Made by a program: the position numbers and the translations under genes | Shown: in pieces, positions 27,790 through 41,678 of the stretch | Layout: each line of letters opens with the position of its first letter | Numbering within the stretch: position 1 is the first letter of the stretch | The notes under the pieces: generated by a model | Told to the model about the DNA's origin: nothing | Databases searched by the model: none | Seen by the model: the letters and a program-made list of their open reading frames with translations, nothing else | Origin: Eledone cirrhosa | Lineage: Eukaryota | Direction: 5' to 3' | Length of the DNA: 64,000 nucleotides | NCBI GenBank assembly: GCA_964016885.1 | Contig: OZ024744.1 | Coordinates: 96,844,001-96,908,000 of the forward strand

Positions 27790-28120
27790 ATATCAATGAT
27801 ATTGATAAATAGAAACTATATTTATAAAACCATGTTTATTTTATTATATATATATTTCAAGGGTACCAAAATGTTGGTACGCACTCATCAGATAAAATAT
27901 ATAATTTGTTTTATAAATGTTGACATAACCAAGAAACCAGACCTTATCAGTTCAGGTTCACTTTGGTCTGGTTTCTTGGGTATGTCAACATTTATAAAAC
28001 AAATTTTGTATTTTATCTGATGAGAGCGTACCAAAATTTTGGTATCCTTGAAATATATATATATAATGAAATAAATATGGTTTTATAAATATGGTTTCCA
28101 TTTATTAATATCATTGATAT
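27790..28120. repeat. Palindrome carrying two family-A hammerheads (27838-27898 -, 28010-28072 +)
   Basis: Arms of about 155 bp. Plus arm: ttttat CTGATGA gagcgtaccaa-aatt-ttggtatcctt GAAA tatatatata TA atgaaat. Confidence 0.9.
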
Positions 28121-28522
28121 ATATGGGATAACAGGTTATCGTTATAGGTAATCCAGTTAGAGGTTGTGAGTACTCTGCGCCTTGGATAGTTGTAACGTAC
28201 GGCTTTGTTTGACTCAACAAGATGGTTCCATAGTTATGCAGCGAGTTCGCGGTAATTCCTATGTAGGTTATACTTGGAGTAATAATATATGATTATGTCA
28301 ATTATTTTGTCTGACCTGTTTAGCTTGACTTGTTTTTTGGCTTTGGTTGTTTATGGCTTCTTGACCACCTTCTTAGTTTGTATGGCCTTTAAAACCTATG
28401 TTTATTGCTCTGGTCTTTTAGCCCATGGACCGCTTGCCAGCATGACTCGGAATTTGCGTTACGTTTCGCTTTTTTTACCCGTCGAAATGCGATTCTCGCT
28501 GAATTTATATTTATGTGCATAT

Positions 28523-28624
<102 letters not shown>

Positions 28625-28770
28625 ATACTTTGGGAGGGTCATGTTGCCAATAAGAAACACACGCACCAGTTGCTTTCACTTCAATTAAATTTATTATATA
28701 TTTATAAATTTACAAATTTATAAATTTATAAATTTCTGGTTGGTTGGTTGGTTCCACAACCAGATATTTG

Positions 28771-28876
<106 letters not shown>

Positions 28877-29224
28877 ATATAAATTGAAATGAGCGGGACG
28901 AGCAAACATTAAACAAAATCTCAAATTAGTACCATTGAAAACAAATGTATTTATTATAGACACCCTATATATTTCCGTAGGTACTTAGTACCTGTGGGGA
29001 TATTAATCTCATTTTATGTATATTTTCCCATGTGTGTAGAGAAGAAACCGTTGTACCTTGCTGCTTATTTTTAGTGGCGTGGCAAAGATCAATTCTATAA
29101 TATTCCCGCTTTTACTAACGGCCTGTTTATGTGTGGGTCACTTTTTCGGCCTGACCTCATACTATCGGGCAGTAAGCGATATATTTACAAACTGTGAGAC
29201 ATTATGTCCTATAGAATGGAAATA

Positions 29225-29311
29225 GCTATCTGAAGAGTTGATCTTTCCGTCTTTCCGTTGGAAATTCTCTGGATTTCCAATCTTTTATGAAGCGAAACCG
29301 TCGGTAATAGC
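29225..29311 (+). ncRNA. Type I hammerhead motif
   Basis: gctat CTGAAGA gtt...agc GAAA ccg-t-cgg TA atagc. It lies in the 28880-29500 insert, which has direct and inverted terminal repeats. Confidence 0.7.
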
Positions 29312-29492
29312 ATTTTGGACAGGTGAATATTTAAATCGTATTTTAATTCATTTAAAAGATTGTTTAATGCTTGTTCCGCTCATTTCAATTTTATAGTTTT
29401 GGTATCTCAAATTAGTACCATTGAACAACAAATGTATTATAGACAGCCTATAAATTTCCGTAGGTACTCTGTACCTGTGAAGATATTAATCT

Positions 29493-29591
<99 letters not shown>

Positions 29592-29973
29592 TATATATAT
29601 ACGCTGAACTTTTCAGATCCGGCAACAACCTTAGGACCATTTCATTGTTCGACTGGAGGTTAATGCCGGAAAATAGAAATTAAGCTCTAAGAGGATCTGT
29701 TATGTAAACATATTCTTACCATCTCATTCGACACACATACACACACACACACACACATATATATAGGGGTGTCTTATCAAAGGTGGAACATAGCTTAAAA
29801 CAGGAAATGATATAAATAATAATACTTCGAAACAAGATTTCTATATATAAAAGTAGCAGATATTGTTATACAAGTTTCACCTAGCTGTGTTCTACCAAGA
29901 AGTGAAACAAGTATTGCAAGTAATTGCCACTTATTGATATGAAGTCATATGTATATATATATTTATATATATA

Positions 29974-30024
<51 letters not shown>

Positions 30025-30029
30025 ATATT

Positions 30030-30061
<32 letters not shown>

Positions 30062-30067
30062 CATACA

Positions 30068-30125
<58 letters not shown>

Positions 30126-30229
30126 TATATAAGTGTGTATGTGTGGCACTCTTGTTCCGTGTAAGAACATAAATAAATCATGTAAAATAATAATATATAT
30201 AATATATGTATGTATATATTTACACACAC

Positions 30230-30293
<64 letters not shown>

Positions 30294-30409
30294 TTATGTA
30301 TATATATATATGTGTGTGTTTGTGTGTGTATTTATATATATATATTTGTTTTGCATGTCTATTTATATATATGTATATATATATATATATGTATATACAT
30401 ATATATATG

Positions 30410-30440
<31 letters not shown>

Positions 30441-30982
30441 GTATAGAGAAATTTTAGTAGGTAAGTTAATTTTTAATTTTTAAAATTTTCTTATTTTACG
30501 TCTTTCATATATATATATGTATATATATATACATATATATATACATATATATATAATTTCTTTACGTGATCGATAAGTAAAGTACTAGCCACAGCTCTTT
30601 CTCCTCATAGTCACATAATCACATCCTGGATGTGCCGCACCAGATCGAAGGTGGCCGGGTGAGGTGGCTGGTGTTTGGGTCAGCACGCAACTACACGGGC
30701 ACTTAAAACACTGAGCGAAACTATGAAACACACTACCACTTCATACTGTAGTAGTTTCTTTTTTTATTATATGTACATACACACACACGTACACTACACA
30801 CACGTCTATATACACATATATAAACTCACAAACAGACACACGCACATACACACACAAACACACACATGCAAACAAATCAACAAACGCATACACCCTTCTC
30901 TCTCTTTCTCTCTCTTTATGTATACACATATATATATGTATATATATATATATGTATATTAATATGTACATATATAAGTATA

Positions 30983-31069
<87 letters not shown>

Positions 31070-31113
31070 TAAGAGAGTAAAACAAAGAATCCTTTAATAC
31101 ATCAAAAGTTTTT

Positions 31114-31158
31114 ATTAGCCGACAATGTTTCGTCCTATTAAGGACTCATCAGGGCAAT
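31114..31158 (-). ncRNA. Canonical minimal type I hammerhead ribozyme
   Basis: Reverse complement: attgcc CTGATGA gtcc-ttaata-ggac GAAA cattg TC ggctaat. Full consensus core with a GUC cleavage site. Confidence 0.85.
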
Positions 31159-31424
31159 CAAAACAACAAGAAGTAATATCGGCAGATACAAGCCGGAAAC
31201 TCTGAAGAATATGGAGTGTGCATACACTAAAGTCTTACAAAAATATATGATAATAAAAATGAAAATAAAAATAAAAATAATAAAAATATATAATAATAAG
31301 AATAACTAAGGATGTAGATAACATTAAGAACCATATTACAAATATAGTCCAAAGCAACTAACCTAGAGCAAAGCAACTAACAAGCAACTAACAAGAATCC
31401 TTATATATATATATATATATATAT

Positions 31425-31621
31425 AACGGAAGAAATGTGGCAAGGAACCAGGTGGACCATAACGCACCAAAGTACTCAATACTTGGGGTAGTAGTGTGGG
31501 TAATAGGAACGAGTAGGGCCCCGACGGCCGAGCTCAAGCCGTTTCGACGGCTAATTCTGGACTAATTTAGTCCAGAATTAGCCGTCGAAACGGCTTGAGC
31601 TCGGCCGTCGGTGTCCTACTC

Positions 31622-31625
<4 letters not shown>
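31425..31625. repeat. Second copy of the GC-rich hammerhead-associated palindrome
   Basis: Reverse complement of 11173-11376, embedded in (TA)n on both sides. Confidence 0.9.
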
Positions 31626-31667
<42 letters not shown>

Positions 31668-31671
<4 letters not shown>

Positions 31672-31968
31672 ATACATCTAAAGCCTAAAGTCTGTCTTAA
31701 GCCAGAAGGCTCATTTGGCCGGTGCTTATCCCGGTTTTATGGCGTGAAGCGAGTGAGAGTACAAAACTCCCCCTGGACAGGACGCCAGTCCATCGCAGGG
31801 TTAAATCTCTCTCCAGCTATAACTGGTACTCATTTTCAGCTGAGTATACTGGAGCAACGTGAAATGAAATGTTTTGCTCAAGAACACAACACGCAAACCC
31901 AGGAATCGAACCCACGACATTATGATCGTAAGTCCAACACTCTTACCACTAGGCCACGTGCCTCTACG
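31668..31968 (-). mobile_element. Full-length CORE-type tRNA SINE
   Basis: Reverse complement: A box tggcctagtgg, B box gggttcgattcc, CORE-like gtgttcttgagcaaaacatttcatttcacgttgctcca, then ccctgcgatggactggcgtcctgtccagggg. Confidence 0.8.
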
Positions 31969-31977
31969 CATATATAT

Positions 31978-32027
<50 letters not shown>

Positions 32028-32070
32028 CCATACATATACACATACATATACATATATATATATATTTACA

Positions 32071-32128
<58 letters not shown>

Positions 32129-32545
32129 TGTATGTATGTATATATATATATATATACATATATACACCCGGACACAGACAAACAATTACATTAAGTCGCT
32201 CACATACACTTAATGACGCTCATGCACAAACGCATACACTCGACTAACTGAAACACACATTATAATCCGCGTATAGATCGATGTCCAACTGATTCGATTT
32301 ATTTCCAAGGGAAAATAAACGATATTTTTAGAACTATTATATTCAGACAGTCAATGCTTGTTTTATGGTTGCCAGGTAACGTATCCATATTGAATACAAC
32401 AGTGGAGGTTTTTGTTTTGTTTTGTAACCGGTGCATGTCAATGTTAGCATAAAAGGTAGCTTGTTAATAGATAGCAATTACTTGGCTAGTAAATTAGATT
32501 CCTAAATCAGTTTGTACCCTAATAAATTTACTACGGCCTAGACAG

Positions 32546-32597
<52 letters not shown>

Positions 32598-32756
32598 GTC
32601 ATGGTGAACGAGAAGACAATTATTGCTTGAAATGTCAACAGTTACACTTAAGAAAGGTTCGTTTGCAAGTTATCACAACGTGTCTTTCTTTCTTTCTTTC
32701 TTTCTTTCTGCCTTTCCTTATTCCTTTTTATTTTCTCTTCTTCTTTGCCTTCTGCT

Positions 32757-32788
<32 letters not shown>

Positions 32789-33482
32789 TTCTTCTTCTTC
32801 TTCTTCTTCTTCTTCTTCTATTTCTTCTTCTTCTTCTTCTTCTTCTTCTCCTCTTATCTCTACCATGGCTTTCAATAATTTATCAAGCCGATGTATGATT
32901 TTGATTTCTTAACCGTATAAAGAAGAAACACTTAGAGTATGTAAGTTGGAAAACAGCTGATGTCAGGATTGCAGAACTAACGAAAGGACACGTCGACTTT
33001 TAACAGCGCTACCACTATTTACAGAGGGGAACTATGATATTTAACTGCAGTTAGATGGACTCGGCAAATGAAAGCCATGTTTCTTTGTATCTGAATAAAT
33101 ACAGTTGACAGGAAAACAGTATTCTGTACTGATGCAGGGTAATCACCCAGAAACATTAGAGTCGCTAGTTCTGTTTACATGCCAACACAAGAGAAAGAAT
33201 GAGGGGCTCATGCTACTGACATGGCTTAAAAAGAGGCTGTTTGCATAATTGCAAATGAATCGAATATTATCATTAATATTTGAAAAACTCAGATTACATT
33301 TATTGTATTCAGCCATGTAAAATGATAAACCATTTGCTTGTTATTCGAATAAATACAATTTCAGGCTATCTTTTCTTTACCCTATTAACATTTTTCTCTC
33401 TGTCCTACTAGTAAATTTTGCTTTTTTTTTTTTCGTCACATAAGCAACAATAAATATACATATGCACATTAGATAATATACT

Positions 33483-33842
33483 TCTCCTTGTTCTTGGCGT
33501 ATGACATATGCACAGTAGCTAGAGAGAAAGGTAGAGACTGGCGAGCCAGATCAAAGCGTCATGTGTAACCACAAGACCACCGGGAAAAAGTCTGAGGGGA
33601 CAACCCCAAACCACATGCAGTACTGTCTGGTCAGGGTCCCCACAGTCACATGCTGGGCCGTCTTTTATTTTCCATCGATAGAGATGATTGACTGTCCTGG
33701 GATGTATTGTGTGGATCTGATTAAGGGACACCGATTGCTCCTTTCTGGGAAGGTCAAACCAGCTGGTTTAGATGTGGGGTCCTGGACGACGTCTCGGTTG
33801 GCAAATTTGAACTCATTCTATAATCTTCGCCACTCTTCCTTC
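33483..33842 (-). pseudogene. Ingi/Vingi-like (I-group) LINE 3' fragment with CCHC motif
   Basis: DPTSKPAG/FDLPRKEQSVSLNQIHT...LYRWKIKDGPACDCGDPDQTVLHVVWGCPLRLFPGG...ALIWL; 3' end catacgccaagaacaaggagaag. Confidence 0.65.
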
Positions 33843-33844
33843 AG

Positions 33845-33961
33845 AATATAGAAACGGCTTCTACAGAACTAGAACTGTTTCATTCGGGAGAAATCATCAG
33901 GCTTCCTGATGATTTCTCGCGAATGAAACAGTTCTAGTTCTGTAGAAGCCGTTTCTATATT
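33845..33961. ncRNA. Back-to-back double hammerhead palindrome (family B)
   Basis: 57 bp arms around a 3-nt spacer (ctt). Plus arm: ggcttc CTGATGA tttctcgcgaat GAAA cag-ttctagtt-ctg TA gaagcc. Confidence 0.85.
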
Positions 33962-34009
33962 ATATATCTTCCATATACTGTACCGATTGTGTTGTTATTT
34001 CTGTTTACC

Positions 34010-34128
<119 letters not shown>

Positions 34129-34131
34129 CGC

Positions 34132-34284
<153 letters not shown>

Positions 34285-34829
34285 TATATAAACACTTTCT
34301 TGCAATATTAACTAAATAAATGTAATATGTATATTCTGAGTCTCTATCCTTGGCACTATATTGTTCTTCATCTCAGTTTCGGCCAGCTGCAGATCTCCCT
34401 CAGGACATAATGGCCGTTTTGCATCCTTGAGTTTGAGATCCCTGATCTTAGCTATAGTGTTTCATTGACTACATCGTTGAAAAAAAAAAAAAAAGAAAGA
34501 GGAATGGGATGTGCAATTGTTAGTACGGTACTGTCTGCTGGGGAAACAATCACCTCTTAGCTACTGTCTTCAAATACTAAATATTAACCAAACCCGAATA
34601 CGCTGATAAATTAAGCAGATACCAAACTATCATAACACTACAGCGTTATGCAAAATCAACAACAATTATTTTTCCTGCTATTTTAGAAGCTTTTCCCACA
34701 CTAACATGTGAGAACAAACGGATGATGCTCTCAAAACGCTGGACTACTTCATTACTACAGAGATCTTGGGCCTCTCGGATAGTAAAATTAATAAATCTTG
34801 TGATATGATCAGATAGGGACGTACTCTTC

Positions 34830-35130
34830 TCTTAGGCACATAACAAATGCTAGATCCAAGAATTCTCTTCATTGCAAGGCACTCGACAAGACAGGAAAGG
34901 TTGACAACATCCAAGATTACACTGATATGATGTAACATTTCTAAAACTCCATGGGAAATATCTATGGCTCCCAAATCCTTGGAATTATCTCTTCCCTTTA
35001 TCGAGTAGACAGAAACACATGGATCGCTGACACGGAGAAGATTCTCGAACAGTAACCTGTTAATTTTCATGACGTCGTGTTAATCATCATGGCGTTTTCC
35101 TCGAGTATCCTTCATCGCAAGCGAGACACT
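34830..35130 (+). pseudogene. Decayed RTE (BovB-like) LINE internal fragment
   Basis: DNIQDYTD...NIYGSQILGIISSLYRVDRNTWIADTEKILEQ*PVNFHDVV resembles the RTE linker 'IQ.YAD...IYGPQ..G.SPL.S.DG.TLI.D.EKIL.RW..HF..VLN'. Confidence 0.55.
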
Positions 35131-35234
35131 TTCCAGGATTATGTTAAATATGCTCTATATTTAGTCAGATATATTTTGTAATGCTGGATGATATTTTCGC
35201 GTGATACGTAAACTTTGAGCTTCCATCCCACCTC

Positions 35235-35440
35235 TCTCCCAGGACAGGCTGTAAGCCTTTCACCCATTCTGGCTGATTTGGATGGAGACTGCAATATATT
35301 TATTTCGAACAGGCTTCTCTACCTAAGGCCTGTACGCGTCCCACATTTCTCCCAGGACAGGCGGTAGGCCCTTCGCTAGTTCTGGCAGTATTGGGTGGAG
35401 ACTGCAATATATATTTCGAACAGGCATCTCTACTTAAGAT
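35235..35440. repeat. Diverged tandem duplication of about 110 bp
   Basis: tctcccaggacaggc...ggagactgcaatatat...ttcgaacaggc.tctctac.taag occurs twice. Confidence 0.8.
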
Positions 35441-37302
35441 TCTCTTGTACGTATCTCTTGTAAGTCTGCACGAAGTACGATGCGGTTTAGGTGTCTTTAC
35501 TGTTTTCGGCCATTTTACAGTATTTTAGTGGTCTCATTCCTGCCAGTCCCCAACTTTTCTCAGACTCACTTGACTTTTTAAAGGACTACAACTAAATAAA
35601 ACCTTTAAAAAAATCAATTATTGAAATTATTAACCACGAGAAACTTAATTTGGGTTTGTTAAAAATAAGATGAACACATTAGTAGAATGCCGCTACTTTC
35701 AATATCGGAATAACAAAATATGCAAAAAAAAAGAAAAATGACATCGCGATAAAATTTCGTGTCCGCTGATCTCTCTCGTTTATACACTTTCACAATCTCT
35801 TTATGGACTTGTTAAGTTAAAACAAATATAAGTTCATGTTTACTCTTTAACTAAACCAAATTGGAAATGTGAATTTCAATATCAAAACAACTTATCACTG
35901 TTAATCAGCTGACTTTGAATAAGGATTATGACAAAAACGTCTTATGTCAGAATGACTATTTCCTACTATAGGATTCAACTTATTTCTCTCATGGATTCAT
36001 GTATTATCTAATAGAAAAATACTAGGGACTAATTAAACAAACTTTACTCCTTTGTGAACAAATGAAATCTTGCTCCGTACAATTAGTCTATTTGGGGAAA
36101 CCTTAGTCGATCTTAAAACAAATAACAAATTATAGGTTTAAAACAAATGAATCGTTCCACCTAAGACGAAATGAGTATCTGAAGATTGTAGCTAAATAAA
36201 TTGGATATTGATAAAAGTTATGAAAACCGCATCAGTTGTAACTTATTCTTATTAACGAAAAATCTTCTACTTTAGAATCTGTTAGGTTGACTGAAAATTT
36301 CATATCAGTTTCATAATTAGAAGTTTGATTTTACATTTCGCATGCAATTTAGTCTCCATATATTTTCCTCTTCCTAATATTTTGGAGTTTCTCGTTTTAT
36401 GGAGAATCATAAAAATATACTGACAGGAAAACTGAACTTAACAATGAACATAATTTAATGACCAAGTATAATAGAATATCGATAACCTTTTCTTCTTCTT
36501 TTTTCTGTCAAACATCTGTTTGATGTGATAACGATGATGATGATGATGATGAAGTTTACTGATTCAATCATGTTGAACTAAATTAATGGCTGTAACACAC
36601 CTGTGGTTTCTGTTATAACGATTAGTTAATGATTTTTCTAAATGTATTCTAGGATGTTTATCACTACATCAAGCAGGTTTAATATTATTATATCCAGTCC
36701 TATAATATGATTTCCAATGTTTCTAAACACTCACACATTTGTAGGCAGAGGTTTATCTAATTATATCTACTACAGTGCATTTGATAGATCAAGACTACTA
36801 CATTAAATCAATCCTCAGAACATTTAATTATCTCACCAAACACGTTAGGCTGAAAAGCAAAGCCAACCTTTCCCTAAATATAAACTTATAATGTTAGAAC
36901 TTGATTTATGTCTGTCTGTTTACAAGAAAGGCAATACAAAACCTATTTGGGTGTTTCTAGAAAATTATATATATCATACAATATATATTACATATATCAT
37001 ACTAGAAAATTAAACATTTCATTTTTAAGGCGAAAACAGAAATTAAAGTATATAAAAAATACAAAAAAATAATCGAAACTCTAATTATTTCCAGATGTTG
37101 ACTGAGTAGATGGGACTGTCGGTTTTTCCGGTGTTTGTTTTCTGTTGTCTTTCTCCTATTATATAGACTTTGTCATCCCGGCTTTGTTTGAAACTCCCAC
37201 ATGTTTTTATTAATGATATTATCATTGTAACCACACAGCCTAATTTTTTATTTCAATGTGTTGTTTACTATTGCTGTAACACACTCCCTCTCCCCTTATC
37301 CG

Positions 37303-37339
<37 letters not shown>

Positions 37340-37369
37340 TTATATATATATCTGTCTATCTATCTAGCG

Positions 37370-37842
37370 GTTTTCCTTTGTGTGATAGCTATGGCGAAAG
37401 AGGTTGTATGGTGGACGAGGTTAAAAGGGCTGAGGTCAGACACCTTTCTCTCCGGCCAACAACTGATTCTTTTTTTCAAATACCACTTTGGAAGAAGAAT
37501 CAGGATGGAGAGAGAGGTGCTGTACCCCAGCAAGTTTTATGAAAGGTGGGTGAAAGTGGCGAGAATGGCCCGAGTGAATGGGCCTTCTCTCTATATCAGC
37601 CTGTAGGTTGAGGAAAAGGAGGAGAGGAAAGGAGTACAAACTCTTCGTACTCCTGGAGATAAGGGTTGCACATTTTTTCGGGGGTATGTGTTACCCATAT
37701 AAACTGTCTCCCCCTATTGGGGAAAATCGACTAACTTTTTAAATTGCATTTGTGATAACATTTTACACGTTTTTATTGTATTTAAACTTCCCCCTTTGTA
37801 TTTGTCCCCTTCTTTTGTGCCCCTGTGGCTAATAAAGAAACA
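37370..37842 (+). mobile_element. Tx1/L1-clade LINE 3' fragment inserted in (CTAT)n
   Basis: IAMAKEVVWWTRLKGL...FFKYHFGRRIRMEREVL...RWVKVARMARVNGPSL, homologous to 63270-64000; ends ccctgtggctaataaagaaa. Confidence 0.75.
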
Positions 37843-38372
37843 TATCTATCTATCTATCTATCTCTATTTATCCCCTATTTATCTTTTTTTCCTTCTCTCA
37901 CAGTTCTTAATTCTGCCCTACCCACAACTTCCATTCATACTGCCCTACACAACACTTCCGTTCAAGCCTTTTCCTCCTTTTGTGATCTGACTGCTGACCA
38001 GATCAGTTGATTTTCGCCCTATCTCTAGCCTGTTAATACTAATTCGATAGCTTTCGCTCAAACCAACTTGTATTAATTCATTTAATTCATTCCTACGGTT
38101 ACTACCCACACAGATTGTAGCAATTTTCCTGTCGTATGTAAATATTTTTTCTGTGTTCTTTTTCGTCCAACGTCGATTGTGTTTTCCTCCTGAATAGCTA
38201 TCCATGGTTAGCTATTGATGCACTGTCATATAAAATATCCGAAACTATAACGATCCCTGGAAGACAGCTGATCAGGGGGAGTTGTCCATGTGTGCTTGTC
38301 TCATTCGAGTTTTCTGTTTTTTACATTTCTCCCATGTTTCTCTTAATCATACATATATATATATATATATAC

Positions 38373-38410
<38 letters not shown>

Positions 38411-38511
38411 GTATATATATGATATATATATATATATACATATATATATGTGTATATAGTATATAGTATATATATATATATAGTATATATATATACATAT
38501 ATGATATATAG

Positions 38512-38600
<89 letters not shown>

Positions 38601-38624
38601 GTGTGTGTGTGTGTGTGTGTGTGT

Positions 38625-38671
<47 letters not shown>

Positions 38672-38818
38672 GAATATCAGGAAAATGGGAAAACTTGGCG
38701 TGTGGATGCTGTTAGAACAACAAAATACCGCCAAAGCAGCGTTGGGTAAAATATGACCTCGAAGGACAGAGATCGAAGGAAGGTGGAAAAAGAAACAGTT
38801 TCGAATGATTAATGAGAT

Positions 38819-38933
<115 letters not shown>

Positions 38934-38935
38934 AA

Positions 38936-39203
38936 AAGAGATGAAATCGAAAATGCAACTGGAGTCTTATTTTTTTTTTAAATATATATATTTATTTGGT
39001 TCCTTTACCGGTTTCGCAGTTCTTCTGCTTTTCAAAAGTAGAGTTGAGATGGAGGGTCTGTGGTTTTTCTCGCATCTGATGTGAGAAAAACCACAGACCC
39101 TCCATCTCAACTCTACTTTTGAAAAGCAGAAGAACTGCGAAACCGGTAAAGGAACCAAATAAATATATATATTTTTTTTTTAAATAAGACGATTTCATCT
39201 CTT
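38936..39203. repeat. Near-perfect palindrome with hammerhead 3' half
   Basis: Arms of about 110-130 bp around gcatctgatgt, containing gc GAAA ccgg TA aagg. A single-arm copy lies at 48972-49180. Confidence 0.9.
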
Positions 39204-39268
39204 ATTCTTTATACTTTCACTCGTGTAGGACACCTCGGTTATTTTTCATTTTGTAAAAAAAACCTCAC

Positions 39269-39347
<79 letters not shown>

Positions 39348-39376
39348 GACACACACACACATGTATATATATATAT

Positions 39377-39729
39377 ATAATGAAATGACAGGAGGCTGGA
39401 CTTGTGTAAATCCTTGAAAGGTTTATTATACTATGATCATTTTAATGACCGGGTTCCGTATGAATCCGGTGATATCATCAAGTATTCGAAATATAATAAA
39501 TGAATGTAATAGATAAAATCCATGGGGCTGAAAATGAAAAACCGGAGGACGACCGCCATCTAGCATCTTCTACCTTTGCCGGTCGCCCTCAATTATCTAT
39601 TACATTCATTTATTATATTTCGAATACCTGATGATATCACTGGATTCATACGGAACCCGGTCATTGAAATGATCATAGTATAATAAACCTTTCAAGGATT
39701 TACACAAGTCCAGCCTCCTGTCATTTCAT

Positions 39730-39732
<3 letters not shown>
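39377..39732. repeat. Palindrome with hammerhead (39624-39681 +)
   Basis: Arms of about 140 bp; atac CTGATGA tatcactggattc-atacg-gaacccggtcatt GAAA tgatca TA gtat. A truncated relative lies at 20535-20670. Confidence 0.9.
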
Positions 39733-39796
<64 letters not shown>

Positions 39797-39932
39797 TATG
39801 CACACGTACACAAATAGACACACACAGACACACATAGGTATGTATGTAAAAGGTAAACAGAAATAACAATACAATCGGTACAGTATATGGAAGGGATATA
39901 TTAGGTTAACGCTTGAAATAGCAGGAAGAGGG

Positions 39933-39968
39933 TCTTAACGTTTCGGACGCTAGTCCTTCATCAGAAGA
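39933..39968 (-). ncRNA. Minimal PLE-type hammerhead
   Basis: Reverse complement: tctt CTGATGA a ggac-tagc-gtcc GAAACGTT aaga. Stem III is reduced to the palindrome AACGUU. A mutated copy lies at 27257-27292. Confidence 0.75.
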
Positions 39969-40851
39969 AAGAATGAGAAATAAAATAGATTGAAGGGACG
40001 GGCTGGGTGGAATTGGAAAAAATATCTTTAGATAAAAATAACAGGTCCATTCATGTTGACATCTCTTGCAAAACTGTTGATGCTGGCGTTTTGTGTATGA
40101 TTTATTTTTTTAGAAACGTGGATGATGGAGCGTAAACAACGAGAGAACTAGTTGGTACCACGAAAATGAACTTGCCACTTGACTTTAGTTGAACATAGTA
40201 ATTAATAAAATTCATTTGATATGATATCTTTGTAATGTGACGCTGTACATCTGACAAGATTATTTCACAGCAGAGGTATTGTTACGTTTTCCTGTACGTT
40301 TTTACGGTATTCCAGCTGTTGGATCAACAGAATCAGATTGTAAATGGCTGAGTATTCCATAAACATTTGTATTCTTGCCGTAATCCTCATATACAATTAG
40401 CGTAACACAGTATTTGATAAAACTGACTCTTTAGATTAAAGGTACAGTCGATCAGATGATCTTCCACGCAATTTCCATTTTTCCAATATCCCTAACAAGG
40501 GTTAGGTCAACCTGAGACTACGGTAAAAAAGATAAAATAAAACACAGGATATCATGTATTAGGGTTGAATACGGGACTTCATAAATGTGAAGCAAATCAC
40601 AAACCACATGACATCGCTTCCGTTCAAGAATTAAAAACTAAATATATATGTCTGTTCGACCTGCTACAACTAGTAGCCAATTCTTCTTCGACTACCAACT
40701 AAAATAAAGGTAAACAGTGAACAATGTTGAACGTGATATAAAAAAAAAGTTTGGATTGTCACAACTACAACATCTTTGATAATGATAACTCTGCTCGATT
40801 ATGGTTGACTTGAAGTAAAAAAAAAAAAACCCTGAAATATTTGATAAGTAT

Positions 40852-41678
40852 GATTTCAAAATTTCGGCTCATGGTCAGCAATTTAGAGGAAGGAATGGAA
40901 AGTAGATATATCAACCCTAGTAATTGTCGGGGTTCTTAATGTTATCTACCTCATGCGGATGGAAGGCAACAGTTAACCTCGGTAGATATATCAACCCTAG
41001 TAATTGTCGGGTTCTTAATGTTATCTCCCTCCTCATGCGGATGGAAGGCAACGTTAACCTCGGTAGGATTTGAACTAAGAACATAAAGAGCCGGAACAAA
41101 TACTGCTAAGTATATATCCGGTGCTCTCACAACACTCACTGCCCTCCAATACATGATAATAACTGTTTCTACTTTTGGAATAAGGCCAGCAATTACCCCA
41201 GTGTATTACTGGTACTTTATTTTATTAACCCCCACAAGGATGAAAGGCAAAGCTAATCTCGGCGGGACTTGAACTCAGAACGTAAAGGGTCATAACTCTA
41301 TGCTGCAAGGCATGGTATCTGATGCTCTACCGATTCTGCATGATAATAATGGTTTCTGATTTAGGCACAAGGCCAACAATTGTTTGTTTTTTTGAAGGGG
41401 GAGGGGAAGGAAAGTCGATTAAATCAGTCTCAGTGCATTACTGGTACTTTATTATATTCAACCCCGTAAGGATGAAAGGAATAGTTAATCTCGGCAGGAT
41501 TTGAACTCAGAACGTAAAGGGCCATAACTCTAAGCTGCAAAGCGTGGTGTCTGACGCTCTACCGATACTGCCAATTCATGATAATAATTGTTTCTACGTT
41601 TGGCACAAGGCCAGCAATTATCCAGTGCATTACTTGTACTTTATTTTATCGACCCGTAAGGATGAAAGGCAAAGTTAT
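40852..41678 (-). mobile_element. Array of four tRNA-SINE copies (first with an internal ~80 bp tandem duplication)
   Basis: Consensus matches at about 40852-41150, 41160-41340, 41348-41578 and 41586-41678; catgataata spacers recur. Confidence 0.85.

Noticed and set aside
37945-38205. 86-aa ORF with weak resemblance to an RTE C-terminus (GGKHNRRWTKK)
   Set aside because: Similarity too weak to support a call.
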